63,559 nt of DNA, filler included, from Sphacelaria rigidula (GCA_964200075.2; 4 parts of 4 records of this genome joined end to end with filler, not necessarily neighbours in it); one strand, 5' to 3'. Shown: positions 47,756 through 62,057, counted from the whole stretch's first letter. The notes: generated from the letters alone by a model not told the origin. Translations and numbers: made by a program.

Positions 47756-50700
47756 AGGCCTGCTGTGGCGATATCATGGAAGGATGGGGCCTTGACGATA
47801 TTTGTCGATCTCGTTTGATAGTGCGAGTTGGCAGAGAAATGTAGGGCCCGCGTTCTCTAGATAGAGGACGATCAAGAACTCATGCCGACAGAGGGGGTGA
47901 TATACCTCGTCATTTGTTGTTTCATCAGATGCGGTGTGTTCCACAGACAGACGGGTACAGTGCAGGACAGAACAGTATGGTCTGCTAGGAAAAGTGACCG
48001 ATTCCGACTAATTCAATCCCAGACAATGACTGCGCTCTAATACAAGTCGTCCGCATACGTCGAATCGTTGTTCTCTTGATGGCCCTGGTCCGTACCTTCA
48101 TAAAACCTTGACTGCGCTTCACTTGTGCATGTCGCGTGCTCCATAACACGCTATAGTGTGAAGCTCTTCACATATCAGCTTGTCCTTGTCGATGGATGAA
48201 TGTCTTGCCTCCAGTATTTCGGTTTTGGGTCTGACCGTCCCGCTACTACCGGCCGGTGAAGTCATTGCCGCGGCGTGAAGGGAACAGGGTAGTCGTGTGT
48301 AAGGGTTGCAGGTGCGGGGTCTGACCTGTTGTTTTGGTGTAGACAGTGTGCGGGTACAGCACAGCAATGCGCGGTCTCGCAGAACAACACAAGACGCACC
48401 ACGGTCACCTTGTTTCTGGGTACCGTGGTCCAGAATGGTAAACAGAGCGGCCGATTAGTCGGAGCCAGGGCAACGGGGCCTACCAGTCGCAAGCCAGCCC
48501 GCCGCGGTCGTCCCCATCCCCTCGCCGGCTGTTTACAATGCTGAAAAGCCACGATAGAAACGTTTTTTTTCGTGTTCGTCGACCAGCCTACGCAAGTGAA
48601 CAATGCCTACACCACTCAGGGATCGCCGGTGCGCGAGCTGCTAAAAACATGAGGAGATTTCGTGTGTCAGTTCTCTTGATGACCATGGGAGAGGGTGGTT
48701 CGACCACTAGATGATTAACTTCGACTGTCGCGATGGATGGGAATGAGCTCTTGACTAAGGATCCCTCAGCTGGACCCTAGATCGATACCTGAAAAACATG
48801 TGAAAAACAGCCGATTCCCCGTGATATCATGCAAGTGAAGGGTTCGGGACGCCGGATTTCTGCGGAATGGGGTGTTATCGGGAGTAAGTGGGTGATATGG
48901 AAATAACCTTTAAAGTACAAGAATCACAAAATAACATCCTACTTGTCATCTGAATATCGCGTCTTGACCCCGGCGGTTACGCAGGAATCGCGCACAGATC
49001 CGTCACGTACATCCAGCTTCACATTTGCCCGGTTGACCCTGACTGATAGCAGTGCAGCCGCAGGCTCGTGGGCGAGTGCTTGGTGACAGTCCCTAGCGCA
49101 ATTTGGAGTAGATAAGAGCGATAACGAAGAACACCACGCCGTGTCGTGTCCTGTATTCTGCACAGGCGCCCCTCAGTGGGTCGCTGTCGACGTCTCGTTC
49201 CACAACACGTCGCCCAAGTAAAACACAGGCAAGCAACGGCTGGGGTCGATATCACTCCTCATCTCTTTTGCGCCGCCGCATGCACGACGGTAGCGGTATC
49301 TAAAGTCGGCAGACCGCTGGAGTGCTGTGACAGGAAACTAACCACAATTTCGACATCCAACGCAGGCAGAAGAGCACCGTACTCTCTGTACTATATTTCG
49401 TTTCAATCTTGAGTATACGGTTGCACATATCCCGGGGGACTATCAGCCTAATTATTATTCCGAAACGAGGCCCGCCGCTGAAAGGTTTGATTACTCACCC
49501 TGCTGTGCGTCACATGCCCAACAGCACCTGGTACAGACCAATATCCAATCGTAGTTGTCATTAGTACTACTGTACCTACCATGTTGGTCGTGGGCGTTGT
49601 CGTTATTATGCTGGATGTGTGGTACACTTTGTAAATAATACCAACCAGCATAGATATTTACCGTTTCCCCTATGGCTAGTTAACACCTTCGGTTGCCTCC
49701 GGGCGGCCGGACTGTACGCATACCCCATCTTCGAATGCAATACTGTGCGGCGCTCAGAAAGGGAGAGGGGGCTTGTGTGCCCTCGGTGTTGCTGAGACAG
49801 AAGTAGTTTTGTGACTGAATTTGAGTCAAGTACTGGAATGGGTAGACCCGAACACGATACAAACATGTAATAAGGGGGTCATGTCTGACTGCTACAGCAT
49901 TCTCTGACTCTGCGGCGTGTTGTCAGTCCGACTCGGCGTTTTCGTGGTACTTGAAGTGGCCCTCAAAGACCCTGGTAAAGATGTTGAAAATGGATCGTAT
50001 TCGAGGGGCTCTGGGTGCTCTTCTTCCATCATCCCGTCCGTGAGTCCTGTGCAGCTATATCATGAACCTGTGGGTGTTGGTTAGTGTATCCGTTATGTAT
50101 CTTGTGACATCATTTTTTGCACACGGATGGTGCGCCAATATTGAACAGAAACTTTATAGACGATAACATATTTGTATACCCATACTCCAAGATCCTCGCA
50201 ACGCAAGGACGGACACGCTAAGCCCCTGTTGCACAAAATCCAACACCGAAGTTCGAAACATTGATGAGACACGCCAACGAAATCGACCAAAAATATAGGC
50301 AGCCACAGCACGCACACCGGGTGGCATAACTCCTGACGAGTACAAGAGTGGGTTAACTTCGAAGCCCATCTCATCCTGCGCGACCCTCCGTTGCTTCATG
50401 CGTGTCGAAAATGGCAGCATGGTCGACTGAAAGACGTGCGTCACATTTCTGCCAACTCAACACAGCGTGCTGCTCCATGTCGGCACATACCAAAAAACAG
50501 TATCATCGAGTACTTTGGTAGCCATACCACTGCATGCCACGCCGGTCCTTGATTGCCCGTACCTGCTCACCGCCTCATCCATGACCGAATTTGGTGGGGC
50601 CGGGCGTGTGCACTTTAGACCGCCGCATTGGGCCTGTCCACGAGTTGAACAACGGGAATGTTGTAACATGGAGAGGAATGGAAAATGTCGTTAACAGACT

Positions 50701-51160
50701 GGAGTAGTATTAACCAAAATGGGTAATGGAACCACAGGATAAAGTAACAACCGATGTCTTGACATTGTGGCGAAAAACGCTGTGTGGCACAAAAAATAAA
50801 TATCGCAGCATCACTGTGGTATACGGCATGCGGTGAAGTCGTGGTCGAATCAAGTTATTGTGCTTTCCGCGGTAATTGAGAACCTCGGTGCCCTTCGGCG
50901 GTATATCATGGCTTCTTGGCATGCCCATGCCCGAACCAGACTGTAGCGAAGTAATCATGTTTGCGTTGTAAATGAGTAAGTCAACTGTGACCCCTATGGT
51001 TATAGAATGAACCCCGGATAAACACGCATAGAAGCAGGGAGGGTACGAAAACTGCGTAGGACGATGCCGCTATTTTCAAGTGAAGTGGCAGCACTGCCGT
51101 AGTGTACAGTATAGCATTCCTTGAAGCTGACACGTGCTATATTTTGAGTTCCCTTGTTAA

Positions 51161-52495
51161 CCCTTTTGGGACCGGGCCTCCAGAACGGCCAATGAGGCTG
51201 CGGTCAGGAATGACGTGTCTGACGTCTGCACGAAACAGTGGCGTGTTGCTGAAAATCCGCGTATGTAACCGCAGGGTTATGGCGAAGACCGAAAATTTCA
51301 TCAATTCTATTTTCAGGTGCAGGGTGCGCACTAGGTGGTGTACATCTAATGTAGCAAGCAGTATGAGTCGTGGTAGAGAGCTTCTTACAGGATGCGCCGA
51401 CCGGCGGGCCGCCCGCCACTTGTGGCTTTGGATGATACTTTTGTCCCCATCACCTTGCCAGACAGCCCTTTGTGGTCGGGGTGGGCCGCCATTTCCCCCC
51501 CCTGTTGCATGCGGCAAATTCTCTTCGAAGGTTATCAGCGTTGCGGCGCGCATGCATACATCAGTATAGTACAGGACAGTGTAGTACGCCTCTCGGGCTG
51601 AAGCAGCAGCTGCCGCTGCATACACCCTTGCACGTTCTGGGCAATTCTTAGCTACCGAAACCAGCTGCCTGCATACAGCTTTGTTATCCCCGTCCACTAC
51701 ATACATGTGGACTGCACGCTGCAAGTCATCGACAGGGGGATACGCAGAATTCATCACGGTAGTTGCTTTTGTCTTTCCACTGGCCGCCGCGCCCCGGTGG
51801 TGCAATGGTCCGACCGTCGCCATTAGGGTGGAGAGAACGGGGATTCGATTCCCGATGCGTTGGTTTTTTTCTTCGTGATGTATGATTTCCACCGTGGAAA
51901 GCGTGCGAACGTGAGTAAACAAAGTACTGCACTGGGTTTGTGTGACGTGAGTTGATGCGATGCGGGAGTGCTGGCCCAATCCGCGAGACCAAAATGAAGG
52001 CACGTACCGAGGGAGAGATGGGTTGATCCCGAGGAAGGGGAGGGGTTCAAAGTGCGAGGAAAAAAAAAAAAAACAGCCCACCTGGATTTTATGCTTCCTG
52101 AAAATGACCACATTGTGGCATGTACACCCCCTCCCTGCTTTTCCCGGTACACCCTGAGTTAGTGTAAATTACTACGTTTCAGTATAGAATTGGGACCCAA
52201 AAAACAGTCCGGAAAAACTCGGGAACGGTATAGTGAGTGCAAGTAATACCACAAAACCAAGCTGCGACCATCCTGCTCTTGGAAACCTGGGGAGCCTCAT
52301 CCGGGCCAGGGATAGAGCCCCCACACGATCTTTGCAGTTGCATCACACTCGACAACAATCCCCGCGCTGGTCGTTCGGGTTTGGTCGATAAATTTCGCCT
52401 TGCCGTGATTAGGCAGGTCGCTCGAAGACATGATTTTTATTATTCCATTGACACAGGGTTGACCCTGTGTTAGAGGGGGTCCGGTCCCAAAAGGG
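51161..52495. mobile_element. Non-autonomous piggyBac-type element
   Basis: Perfect 15-bp TIR CCCTTTTGGGACCGG / CCGGTCCCAAAAGGG. Flanks are TTAA (left) and TTGA (right, one mismatch). Confidence 0.8.
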
Positions 52496-55029
52496 TTGAT
52501 GTATCCTTGTACTGTCTGTGGCGAAGACGTGAGATTAAGCAAATGAAGGCATCCAATCGAGCATTCACGTTGTACCGCCTCCATAGGGTCTGTGGCTTTT
52601 ATACAACCCACCGCGTCAGCAGGGTGTACAGCTTTATGTTCTTGTTTTTCCTTTGGTTGGTATCGAACTAATCAGTTCTGCGGTGAACGAGTGACCAAGC
52701 CGGCAAAGACCAAATTCCTTCAGTTTGGTCCGTTCCGCTCTCTAGAAAATCCTGCCCAGTAAGTTATGCCGTTCTGCACTTTCCACCGTGAGAGCCGCAG
52801 CGCAGATCTTCAGTGGCGGAAATGATTGGATCTGAGTATCCAATTTACGATCTACGTACTCGGGGGGAGACCCCTCGTTCCTTTAACACCACTGACTCGT
52901 CCCGATCTTCCCGAGGAATGGAAATAGTTGGATGGCGAAACAAACAAATGCACAATTTCCGTTGCTTGACCCAAGTCTTGAAGTGCATCGCCTAGTCTCC
53001 GACCTCTCCCGAGTTGTTGCTGTCACACAACATAACCGGGGAGCACACCAGGAATGCACTGACGCGACGACTGAGTACTGCGGCAATGACAGAGTTCACT
53101 GTACTACACCTGCGTGCCACCTCAAGCTAGTCCTGTCAGCGAGGGGTTGGACAAAAGTCGCCACGTACCGTGCGCACACTGATGAGCACATGAATACCGC
53201 TGGCACGTGATCACCTTGAGCATTTTCTTCGCAGCGGCTTTGACGAACGCTTTCTATGAAACGGTCATGATGAACATGACCCAGTTGACAAGACAAGTAT
53301 CGTAAATTCCCTCCATTATCGAAACAGTATCGGTGCACCATGATAAGAATTGTTGCATGAAAAGCGCCAACGAAACCGATATGTGTTGGACGAAACATTA
53401 CGCCACGTACCTCTGGAAGTTTTAGTAATATGTGAGCAAATACTGTCGACACAGCAGCTACCATGGCTTGAATTCCACCCAGTTTCGTGTACGTGCTGTC
53501 GAATATGATATCGCATGTAGTGCAATACTATACCATTGTGGAGAAATGTGCACAGGGAGTCGTCTACTTGGGGGGATTGTGTTTCATTTAATCCCTCAGA
53601 AAGCTTGGAGCGTGTGTTCCAAAACCCAACATTGATTGTCGCACTCTAACTGACCCCCCAGAGGTCCAGCCGTGGTCTCCTGATGGACGTACTCAAGAAA
53701 AACGAAATTCAAAACATGATCGTAAGTAAGACGACACGCCCTGCAATATCGTGTACCTACGAATGCGGACACAACGCATATACAGGATTAGGTCATTTCA
53801 TTTCACCCTTGACGGAGACACGCTTATTATCGTCCGTGATTATTTTCGACTCGCCATCACCAACAACGTTCGCGGCTGCCCCGACGTCATGCTGGGAAAT
53901 ACATCAATCGGTGTGGTATGTTGACATACAGATTGGCATATCATGAATAGGACTGCTCTGTACTGTGCTATACTGCTGTTCAGCTGTACTGTGACATGGA
54001 AAATGAGCCGCACTGACTGCGCGCTATTGCTGCGCGTGATTGACTTCGAGGTTATTGGTCATCATCCATACTCACGACCAGCGCTCATCATGCACTTTCG
54101 ATCATTCGCAAAATCCAAACTCCGAATGGTTTCCTTGCCAAACAAATCGCCAACTACCACGGTCAATCCGAGCAGAGTATGAACGAAAATCAAAATACGG
54201 ATGGTTGAGAAATGCGGAAAGTTTGGGAACGACAATAATCGAGAACTAAATATTCAACCAGTACCACGAACAAGTTCCGAATCAAGATCACGTTTTGTAG
54301 GGGCGTTTGAGTTGTGCCAAGAGCCCCGCCGGCACAGGAATAGTAGTCATTTTTCGTCCTTCCTTTTGCTATTGTGCCAGAGCCTATACCCTCATAATCC
54401 ACAACCCCTCACACATAGCGACAAAGAGAACCAGCTCTCTTATTTTGCGTACCGACACACTTGCTGGAGCAACATGTTCTCGGGAAAGCAATCGTGATTA
54501 TATACCTATACTTGACGCAGTTCACTATCTTTCCTTTTCAGCTATTGACCACATATTTTCCGGCATGTGCAATGTTGCAGCATTTGTTCTAGTGTACACA
54601 GATTGATGGATTTTCTTCAATTTTCCGTCAGATGGAACCACTACGACACCAACCGTGGTCCCCGGACCAATGTACCCAACGTGGAAGAACTACAACAAAC
54701 CCTACTTCGACAAAAAAATAAGAGCTCGACCGAATAGTGAAAAATTAAAATCAAACAAATACTTTCTCTGTCGCAGAAGTCTGGGGAGTTATGTTTGTAC
54801 GAGCCCTTGACGGTGTCGGATGTCTTCGGCGATACTTTTTTTGAAATCTTGAGTGTTTTTCGGGTTGAAACACATTTTTCTTTTTTCTCGCGCACTACCC
54901 TGCATGTGCTAGCGGCTAACAAAAAAGTAGTCAGGCCAAAAATGACCGTATTTTGACCACTTTCCACTGTGGGCACTATAAAAAAACAACACTAAAAACC
55001 CCCAAGAATTATCCCCAACCCTAAACCTA

Positions 55030-55830
55030 ACCCCCCTCTACTCAACGATCCATGTCGCATCCCCCTATACTAAAACCAGTATCATGGTGACCCCTCACTA
55101 AAACCAAGACACTTGGGGGGCAAACCAAACAACGGCAGCCCCCCCCTCTACTCAACGCTCCATGTCGCATCCCCCTATACTAAAACCAGTATAATAGTGA
55201 ACCTACACTGAGACCAAGACACTTGGGGGCCAAACCATACAACAGCAGCCCCCCCCTCTACTCAACGCTCCAACTCAACGATCCATGTTGCGCCCCCCAG
55301 TACTAGAACCAGTATAATAGTGACCCTACACTGAAACCAAGACACTTGGGGGGCAAACCAAACAACAGCGGGCCCCCCCCTCTACTCAACGCTCCAACTC
55401 AACGATCCATGTTGCGTCCCCAAATACTAGAACCAGTATAATAGCGTTCCCACACTAAAACCAATACACTTGGGGCTCCACTATAAAACCAAGACACTTG
55501 GGGGGCAAACCAAACAACAGCGGCCCCCCCCCTCTACTCAACGCTCCAACTCAACGATCCATATTGCGTCCCCCAATACTAGAACCAGTATAAGAGCGTC
55601 CCCACACTAAAACCATTACACTCAGGTATCCCACACTAAAACCAAGACACTCAAACCAAACAACAGCGGCCCCCCCCCCTACTAAACGCTCCAACTCAAC
55701 GATGCATGTTGCGTCCCCCAATACTAAAACCGGTATAATAGCGTCCCCACCCTAAAACCATTACACTTAGGTATCCCACCCTAAAACCAAGACACTTAAG
55801 GGTCCCACACTAAAACCAAGACACTTGGGA
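55030..55830. repeat. Minisatellite, about 6 units of 108-150 bp
   Basis: Unit ccccccctctactcaacg..ccatgt(t/c)gc..atacta(g/a)aaccagtat..aaaccaagacacttggggg..aaaccaaacaacagc starting near 55032, 55140, 55248, 55374, 55525 and 55670. Confidence 0.9.
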
Positions 55831-56429
55831 GTCCCCAGGGAAAAGCAAACGATTACTTGTTCTCGCAACCTCCATCGCGATAGCAATGCGGCGGCCCACA
55901 GATAGCTCGCCGCCCTTGCAACGGGGGGGGTACTTGGGGGCAAGTCCATGGTATTGTGTTGTCTGTGGACTAGGTCTAGGGGTGGTAAACACGAATTCTC
56001 AAAAACAAATCTAGAATAAAATCTTGAAATATATTCTCAAAAATGGGCCAAAATGGGCATATTTTGACTTCATTTTAGTATGCACATTTTTTTTTTCCCA
56101 TCAGCTTCGTTGAGACTTCATGTTTCCAACGAACCTAACTATAGCATGATCGGAAAAGTATAAGTGCGCAAACAATTACACGGCCACAACTCCCCAGACT
56201 AATGGGACCGAGGAAGTATATATATATATATATATCACGTTCGCTACTCTGACGAAAATACATGATCAAAAAGTGAAAATAAAGAAAAATAATGAACGAC
56301 GAAGAGAATCCTTCGCCACAGAAAACAATGTAACATATAATATAGAGTACAAACTCAATACAGGCATTCACGATACCCCCCGCCCTTCTCCTCCACCACT
56401 AACTACAGTACATCCACGAGATCCTCGTC

Positions 56430-58520
56430 CTGTGCAACATCTACGATATTCCCTTCGCCTTCGGCTTCCACCTGTGCAGCGATGGTTTGTCGCCGCGCCT
56501 TTTCCCGGCTTGGGTGGATCTTGCCCATTCCCATGGGGATTAATTTCAACTCCTTGAGGCGTCCAGCGTTGAGACGCAGGAAGGTCATCTTGGACACGCC
56601 GTCGGGGTACATTGAGCATCTCAGTGTTGGTGGAGGTAGGCGACAAAATGTAGAAGTCCCGCTCCGATGGGCAACTGGTGCTGTTCACGCAGAGATAGAC
56701 CCGTGCCAGTGCAGACAACAGCGATTACTTCGGCCCCTCGATGACCGAGCCGCCTCCATCCAACACGGGGCGCCCCGCAGAGCGTCAGTAGGCGATGACA
56801 TCCAGGTGGGCGTCTGCAGACGGCGCAATGTGGTCGTACGCCAACATTTCCTCCTACAAGTGGACAGAAATGATCATGGATGACCCCGCCGCCTGGACGC
56901 CGGCGGCCTTCTTGATGGCGGCGGGGTGCGGCTAGGCGGCTAGCCTCACGCTCCTCAAACCGGCTCCATGGGCGTTTCGTTGCAGGCTACCCATCGCTGC
57001 CCGCCGCCCCATCAAGAGAAGTAGCCGTCGCCCTGCTATCCAGCTCCCTGTCCATCGCCTTGCCTTGCGCGACCAGCGCCTCGTTCGCCTTGTCGTGCAA
57101 AGTGTGGTCGTCCACCTCCGCTGACCCCTCATTCCCGCACACCGAGTCGTCCATTGTTTTATAGCGCGGGTCCAGGTAGAGAGCGAGGATCTCCACGGTG
57201 GTGGATGCCACATTGACCGTGCGACTTTTGGGCTGCTCGATGCAGACAGATACCGCCTTTTGCACTGCGGCCTGGAGGTCATCGACGAACTTCAGCTCGT
57301 GGACTGGAGGCTGCTCCCTCCGTCTTGGCCTCCCTCACCCTTTTGAAGTCGAACATCCCCACCTCTACGGAGGTGAGGATGTCAACCGGCTGGTGGAACG
57401 AGTAAATGGTCCGGCTGAGGATGCTATCAATGTCACCCTGGATACCGATCGTCATTCGCTCCGCGTACTCCAGCACGCAGCAGATCTCCTTCACGACCAC
57501 CCAGTCGGTCGGCGAGAGCCCGCGGTGCGCATTATGAGGTGGTTCGCGGAAGTACTAGGCGATATACGTCTCGGGGAATATCAAACGCACAAGCTGCGAA
57601 GCCCACCTGGCATCCATCGTGGCGTACACACGCGGCTGTGGACGACGAGACAGCCATGAGCAACTGATTATGTTTGTATTTTGACAACACATTGATTGAT
57701 TTGATATTCTTCCTCTTACTGATTCCCGACGACAAGCTGTGGTCGCCAGACAGACTGAAGACTTCAAGGTATAGCAAACAAGAAAAATTAAGACAGAAAT
57801 CCCACAAAAGAAAATGTACACAAACGCTCCAATAATAGAAGGACAACTAGATACAGGACAAACCAAACAAACGGAAACACCCGACACAAAACCAAAAGCG
57901 AGCACGACACAACGGCAATTAAAACTGAACGGTTTCACAATACGACCCCGAACGTCACATTTTCCTTCCTGCGGGGAAGCTCATCTGATCTTATTGGGCC
58001 TCGCTAGGCTCAGCATGTCGAACTTGATCTTCTCCAAGTTCGTTGGTTCCTCGCCACATGGAGTATTCTCTTTAACCCTTTCCAGGAACTCGCCTCGTGC
58101 CAGAGTGATGCCCGCTGCCTCCGCCACCATGGTTTCCCCTTCTTCCTTCATCTCTTGCTCCCTAACTTTGCGCTGGACTGCTCGCAGAGCATCGCTGTTG
58201 ACAGCAGGAGGGCTAAACACGCCGACCAACACGGCGGCTGTCTGGATTAGCTCCTCCATGTCTCTGTTCTGTCACCTAGCGGCTGAGCCGGCGATCCCGA
58301 GCATCCACACCACAGCCGAGCTGATGCAGTGGGCGCGACAAAGAAGTACGGGGACGTCGAGAGATGTGCAGGCGTTGACCGCGTTTCCCCCCTGGTCGAC
58401 TGTCGCCGCCACGAACACATGTTTCGGTGTGACGTTTTTGATTAAGGACCTAAACGTGTCTACGGTCACGCGCGGGAATTTCACCCAACAGCAGGGGGAC
58501 AAACAGAGGCATTTTGATGA
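56430..58520 (-). pseudogene. hAT transposase pseudogene, catalytic core to C-terminal dimerisation domain
   Basis: TVDQGGN..A (second catalytic D), CRAH (CxxH), PNKIR* (decayed TRW), W.VVKEICCVLE..T..IQGD, LDPRYK and LARVYLCVNSTSCPSERDF (ER.FS motif), in the correct order with stops and frameshifts. Confidence 0.85.
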
Positions 58521-58539
58521 GTAGATGGATCCTTGTATC

Positions 58540-59195
58540 CTAGCTCGTGTTCTGTAGGGTACGGTTTTCTGTAAAATATGCCCGGGGTATTCTCCCGCGT
58601 ATTCACCGTGCTCGACAGTTCTGTGACATCCTGTTGAACTTCCATACCGGTACCCGACAGTTCTATACTCTCTGCAAGACTTTCATACCCTTACCCGATA
58701 ATCCTGTTAGCTCTGAAAGCTTCCCGTACCGTTACCGGGGGACACAGGTTTATTTTTGATGAGACACGCGTTGCGGGTACGGTTTTGTTTGCAACCTCTT
58801 TATACTGACCTCAGAAGATCCGGTGCCGCAGGTGGCCATTCGGAGGGGGTGGCACCCGGCTTTCTACACCCTACCCGTCAATATCTGTTAGTTCTGTGAG
58901 CCTCCTATACCCTTACCCGACAGTTCTGCGAGTTCTGTACAGGATGTGTACCCGTACCCGGAGCGCGAATATGCTCTTGAAGAAATACCAGATTGCTGGT
59001 ACGGTTTTTCTGTAAGCCTCCCATACGCGTACTCGACAAGTTCTGTGATTTCTGTAAAACTATCGTCCAGTACCGATACCCGACAGTTCTGTAAGCTCTG
59101 TAAGACTTTCATACCGGCCCCCGACATTTCTGTACGTTCTGTAAGGAATCTCATGCCCTACAGACCATACACGTACCCTCCAGAACACGACCTTG
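58540..59195. mobile_element. hAT-like MITE (same family as 8259-8815) inserted within the hAT transposase remnant
   Basis: Ends tcgtgttctgtagggtacg / cgtaccctccagaacacgaccttg. Repeated cccgacagttctgt. Confidence 0.75.
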
Positions 59196-60096
59196 GGTGT
59201 ATTGATTCCTGATATATTTTGGTGGTGTTCATGTACAAAAACCATGAGTTACTCTTTATGATTTATGTCGTTGGACTGGCAAGGCGGAGCAGGCCGGCAA
59301 GCTAACGTTTGCATCTGCACTATTCATCATACTCTATACCATCGTTGAGAAAAGAACTAACAATATAATCACAGCGAATAACCTGACTGGCGGCCTTTTC
59401 TCCTCGGCAGCACTATAGTGGGCGCAAGGAATAAAAAACCGGACCGATCGCAACTGCAGAGGATGAAGCTGTGGATGAACTTCAAATTTCGAATTTTGAA
59501 CTCATAGTCTAGGCTGTTTCCTTCGGTTTCGTGTTTTACGTTTTGATGGGCTCGTGCAGTAGTGGGCCGTCTGACTATTCATTTTGTGGCATTTCGTAAT
59601 TTTTCGTACTTGACGATTTCTTTGGGCTTTTTTCGCTTGCCACCGCTTATCACATTGGTGATCTTGTATGCGCTCCACATTCCAATAAAATAGAGACATT
59701 CGTACTCGATATTGAGTGACTCACAGTCTGACCGGTCATCGGGGGTCCTGCCACGTTTCAGCTCAGGTTCTCACTCTTCGGTATTTTCGGTCAATCGAGC
59801 CTGCCCCGATCATATTTGTGAAAAAAAAAGCACAGTTTTATTATTTTTTCATTTCACCTACTCATTGCACTAGAGCCGAAAAACTGTGTTTCACGGTCAA
59901 TGACGCCCTCCTGATGAACGGGATATTTACTCGTATCGCCCGATAACACCAACTAACACTGACTTGGGCACTGTGTTTTGGAAGTAATCTGTTTAATGTA
60001 CGAAAATCTGCCGTCGCTAAAAAGTTCGAGTTCTATCGAAGAGCAGTACGCGAGGAAAATTCCAAAACACCCCTGAACAGTTAGACCGCCCACCAC

Positions 60097-60474
60097 TGTA
60101 CTTTCCACTTTTGGGACATCTGACAACGGGTTTGACCCCGAACAGGGAAAATGACCACCACACGTCTTGGATACTTCGCATCACCCCACCGAGAGAAGTC
60201 TACCCCACTTTTCCAATTTGCTTGGGTCAGTAATTTCGAGAGTGGCCTCTGCACAAAAAAAATAGTGAAAAATCAAATGCGGTGTCTGTACTTCGATCCT
60301 AGGAAGAAATGCCTCTCTCGAAATCAGTGACCCAAGCGAACTGGTGAAGTGCGCTAGACTCCTTTCGGTGGGGCGATGCAAAGCGTCCAAGACGTGCGGG
60401 GAGGCAATTTTCCCTGTTCGGGGGTCAGAAATCTTGCCAACACTCTTGCCAAATGTCCCAAAAGTGGAAAATAC
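60097..60474. mobile_element. Foldback MITE with about 150-bp arms
   Basis: tttccacttttgggacat / atgtcccaaaagtggaaa, ccccgaacagggaaaat / attttccctgttcgggg and ccccaccga / tcggtgggg. Confidence 0.78.
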
Positions 60475-60729
60475 GAGCCCCGCAAATTATAGAATACAAG
60501 CCATAGGAAACGGCCTCATGAATGTATTCTGGAAAAATAAAGAAAGTCAATAACAAAACTTACAGGGAACACGGCTAGTTTTACCGCCGGGTATTTTGCA
60601 CGCAATATATCTAGTTATCTCATCTCTTTGATCTACCGTGACACGACGACTTCCCTGTAAGTGCCAGAAAACACGCGTTTTCCCAACCTGACGTGCTCCA
60701 CATCGGTGCTGTCCGGAAAAAATCAGTGA

Positions 60730-61100
60730 ACTCCACATCGGTGCTGTGCAGAACTCTTGGTTGATCACAGTAGTCAGATTGTGCTGCAGGCTGCGGAAAC
60801 CCCCGGTGTGTGCGATGTTGCGGTACCCTTCATGCGTTGTCTTGAGAGCCCCGACCACGTCGTCCTTTGCTTCTGAGGTTAGGTCGTGGAGGAGCTTGTT
60901 GAGCGTCGATTTCGCCGGGGTAATCCGGTGCAATCTCCGCGATGAGCATCCTGACACCGACATCGTCAAGAGGTGCCCACGGTCGACCGTTGACGCACCA
61001 TATGACGAGCTTGCGGTGCAGGTGCTTCCGGTCTTCCGATGTGAACAACGGCCGCACGCTGCTCAAAATAGAGGTAATTCTTCCCAGAGGTGTGCTCTCC
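60730..61100 (-). pseudogene. hAT transposase pseudogene, N-terminal DNA-binding region up to the first catalytic strand
   Basis: LVIWCVNGRPWAPLDDVGVRMLIAEIAPDY resembles the hAT RPFsxvedxgFxxLxxxlxPxY pattern. Followed by a frameshift and FRSLQHNLTT. Confidence 0.65.
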
Positions 61101-62015
61101 TGTAGTTGAGCACACGATAACACAAGAAAATAAAAACATAACCAAACACATGGAAATGAGTTCGAGTTTCGCGGGGGTGAAGCGCGCGAGTATGCATATG
61201 TTTTCCTGATAAAGTAGAAAACACAGCACTCGAAAATATATGATTGGCGGTTTCGCGGGGAAATGTGTAATAAAAGGATGCATGCAGGATTCGAACCAGC
61301 AGGGTAGGAGCACGTATATGCATACCCTTCTAGAATAGTACATTACAGTGTATTTGAAACGATACACAATGATTCACTCAAAACTGTAAACACTAAAACC
61401 CGGTACAACAGTCTATAGCACAATAGTACACAAGTAAAAAGAAGAAAGTAAAACATACACCACACGATACATGTACGGTATTGCCGTCGGTGCATATAGA
61501 GTACAGCCGCACTGTATATCTGTACTATAGAGCCATAGCACAGTACAGAACAGTAATGCAATGGGACTAATATTATCGTACGATATACATGCCTGTATCA
61601 TACAGTTGTACATTACGGTGTGTTTCCATTTTGACGACCGCGCTTCTGAAGAAGACAAAGGGGCTTTTTTATAGATAAAACATACAAGCTCTCTACACCC
61701 AGTACAGTACACACGATGCTTCTCAGTTTGTAGTACGTACCCTTCAGCTAACTTGTATTATGTTGCAAGTGTATGGCGCACAGCGGCCGCAACGTAAAGT
61801 GTAGTACAGGACGTAGCACAGTTCAGCAGACCCATTCTGTGAGCGCTGTTGTGCAAGCATCGTACCTTGTAAAGCGCCATACCGTCACAAACCATTGCCT
61901 ACCGCAAACCAAAAAAGAGAGGAGAACCAACCGCTACTGGCATCATACCTACGGTATCGTTCCGGCGTTCAGTTGTAGTGCCGTTCTCACACATCACACG
62001 CATACGTACACGCAC

Positions 62016-62057
<42 letters not shown>

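Noticed and set aside
47800-50700. Viral or helicase remnants
   Set aside because: Only short, stop-interrupted frames; no motif could be supported.
51137-52111. 324-aa ORF as a gene
   Set aside because: It runs across repeat fragments and the element's TIR, with no recognisable domain.
55030-55830. CRISPR-like array
   Set aside because: Whole units are repeated with no unique spacers, there are no cas genes, and the context is eukaryotic.
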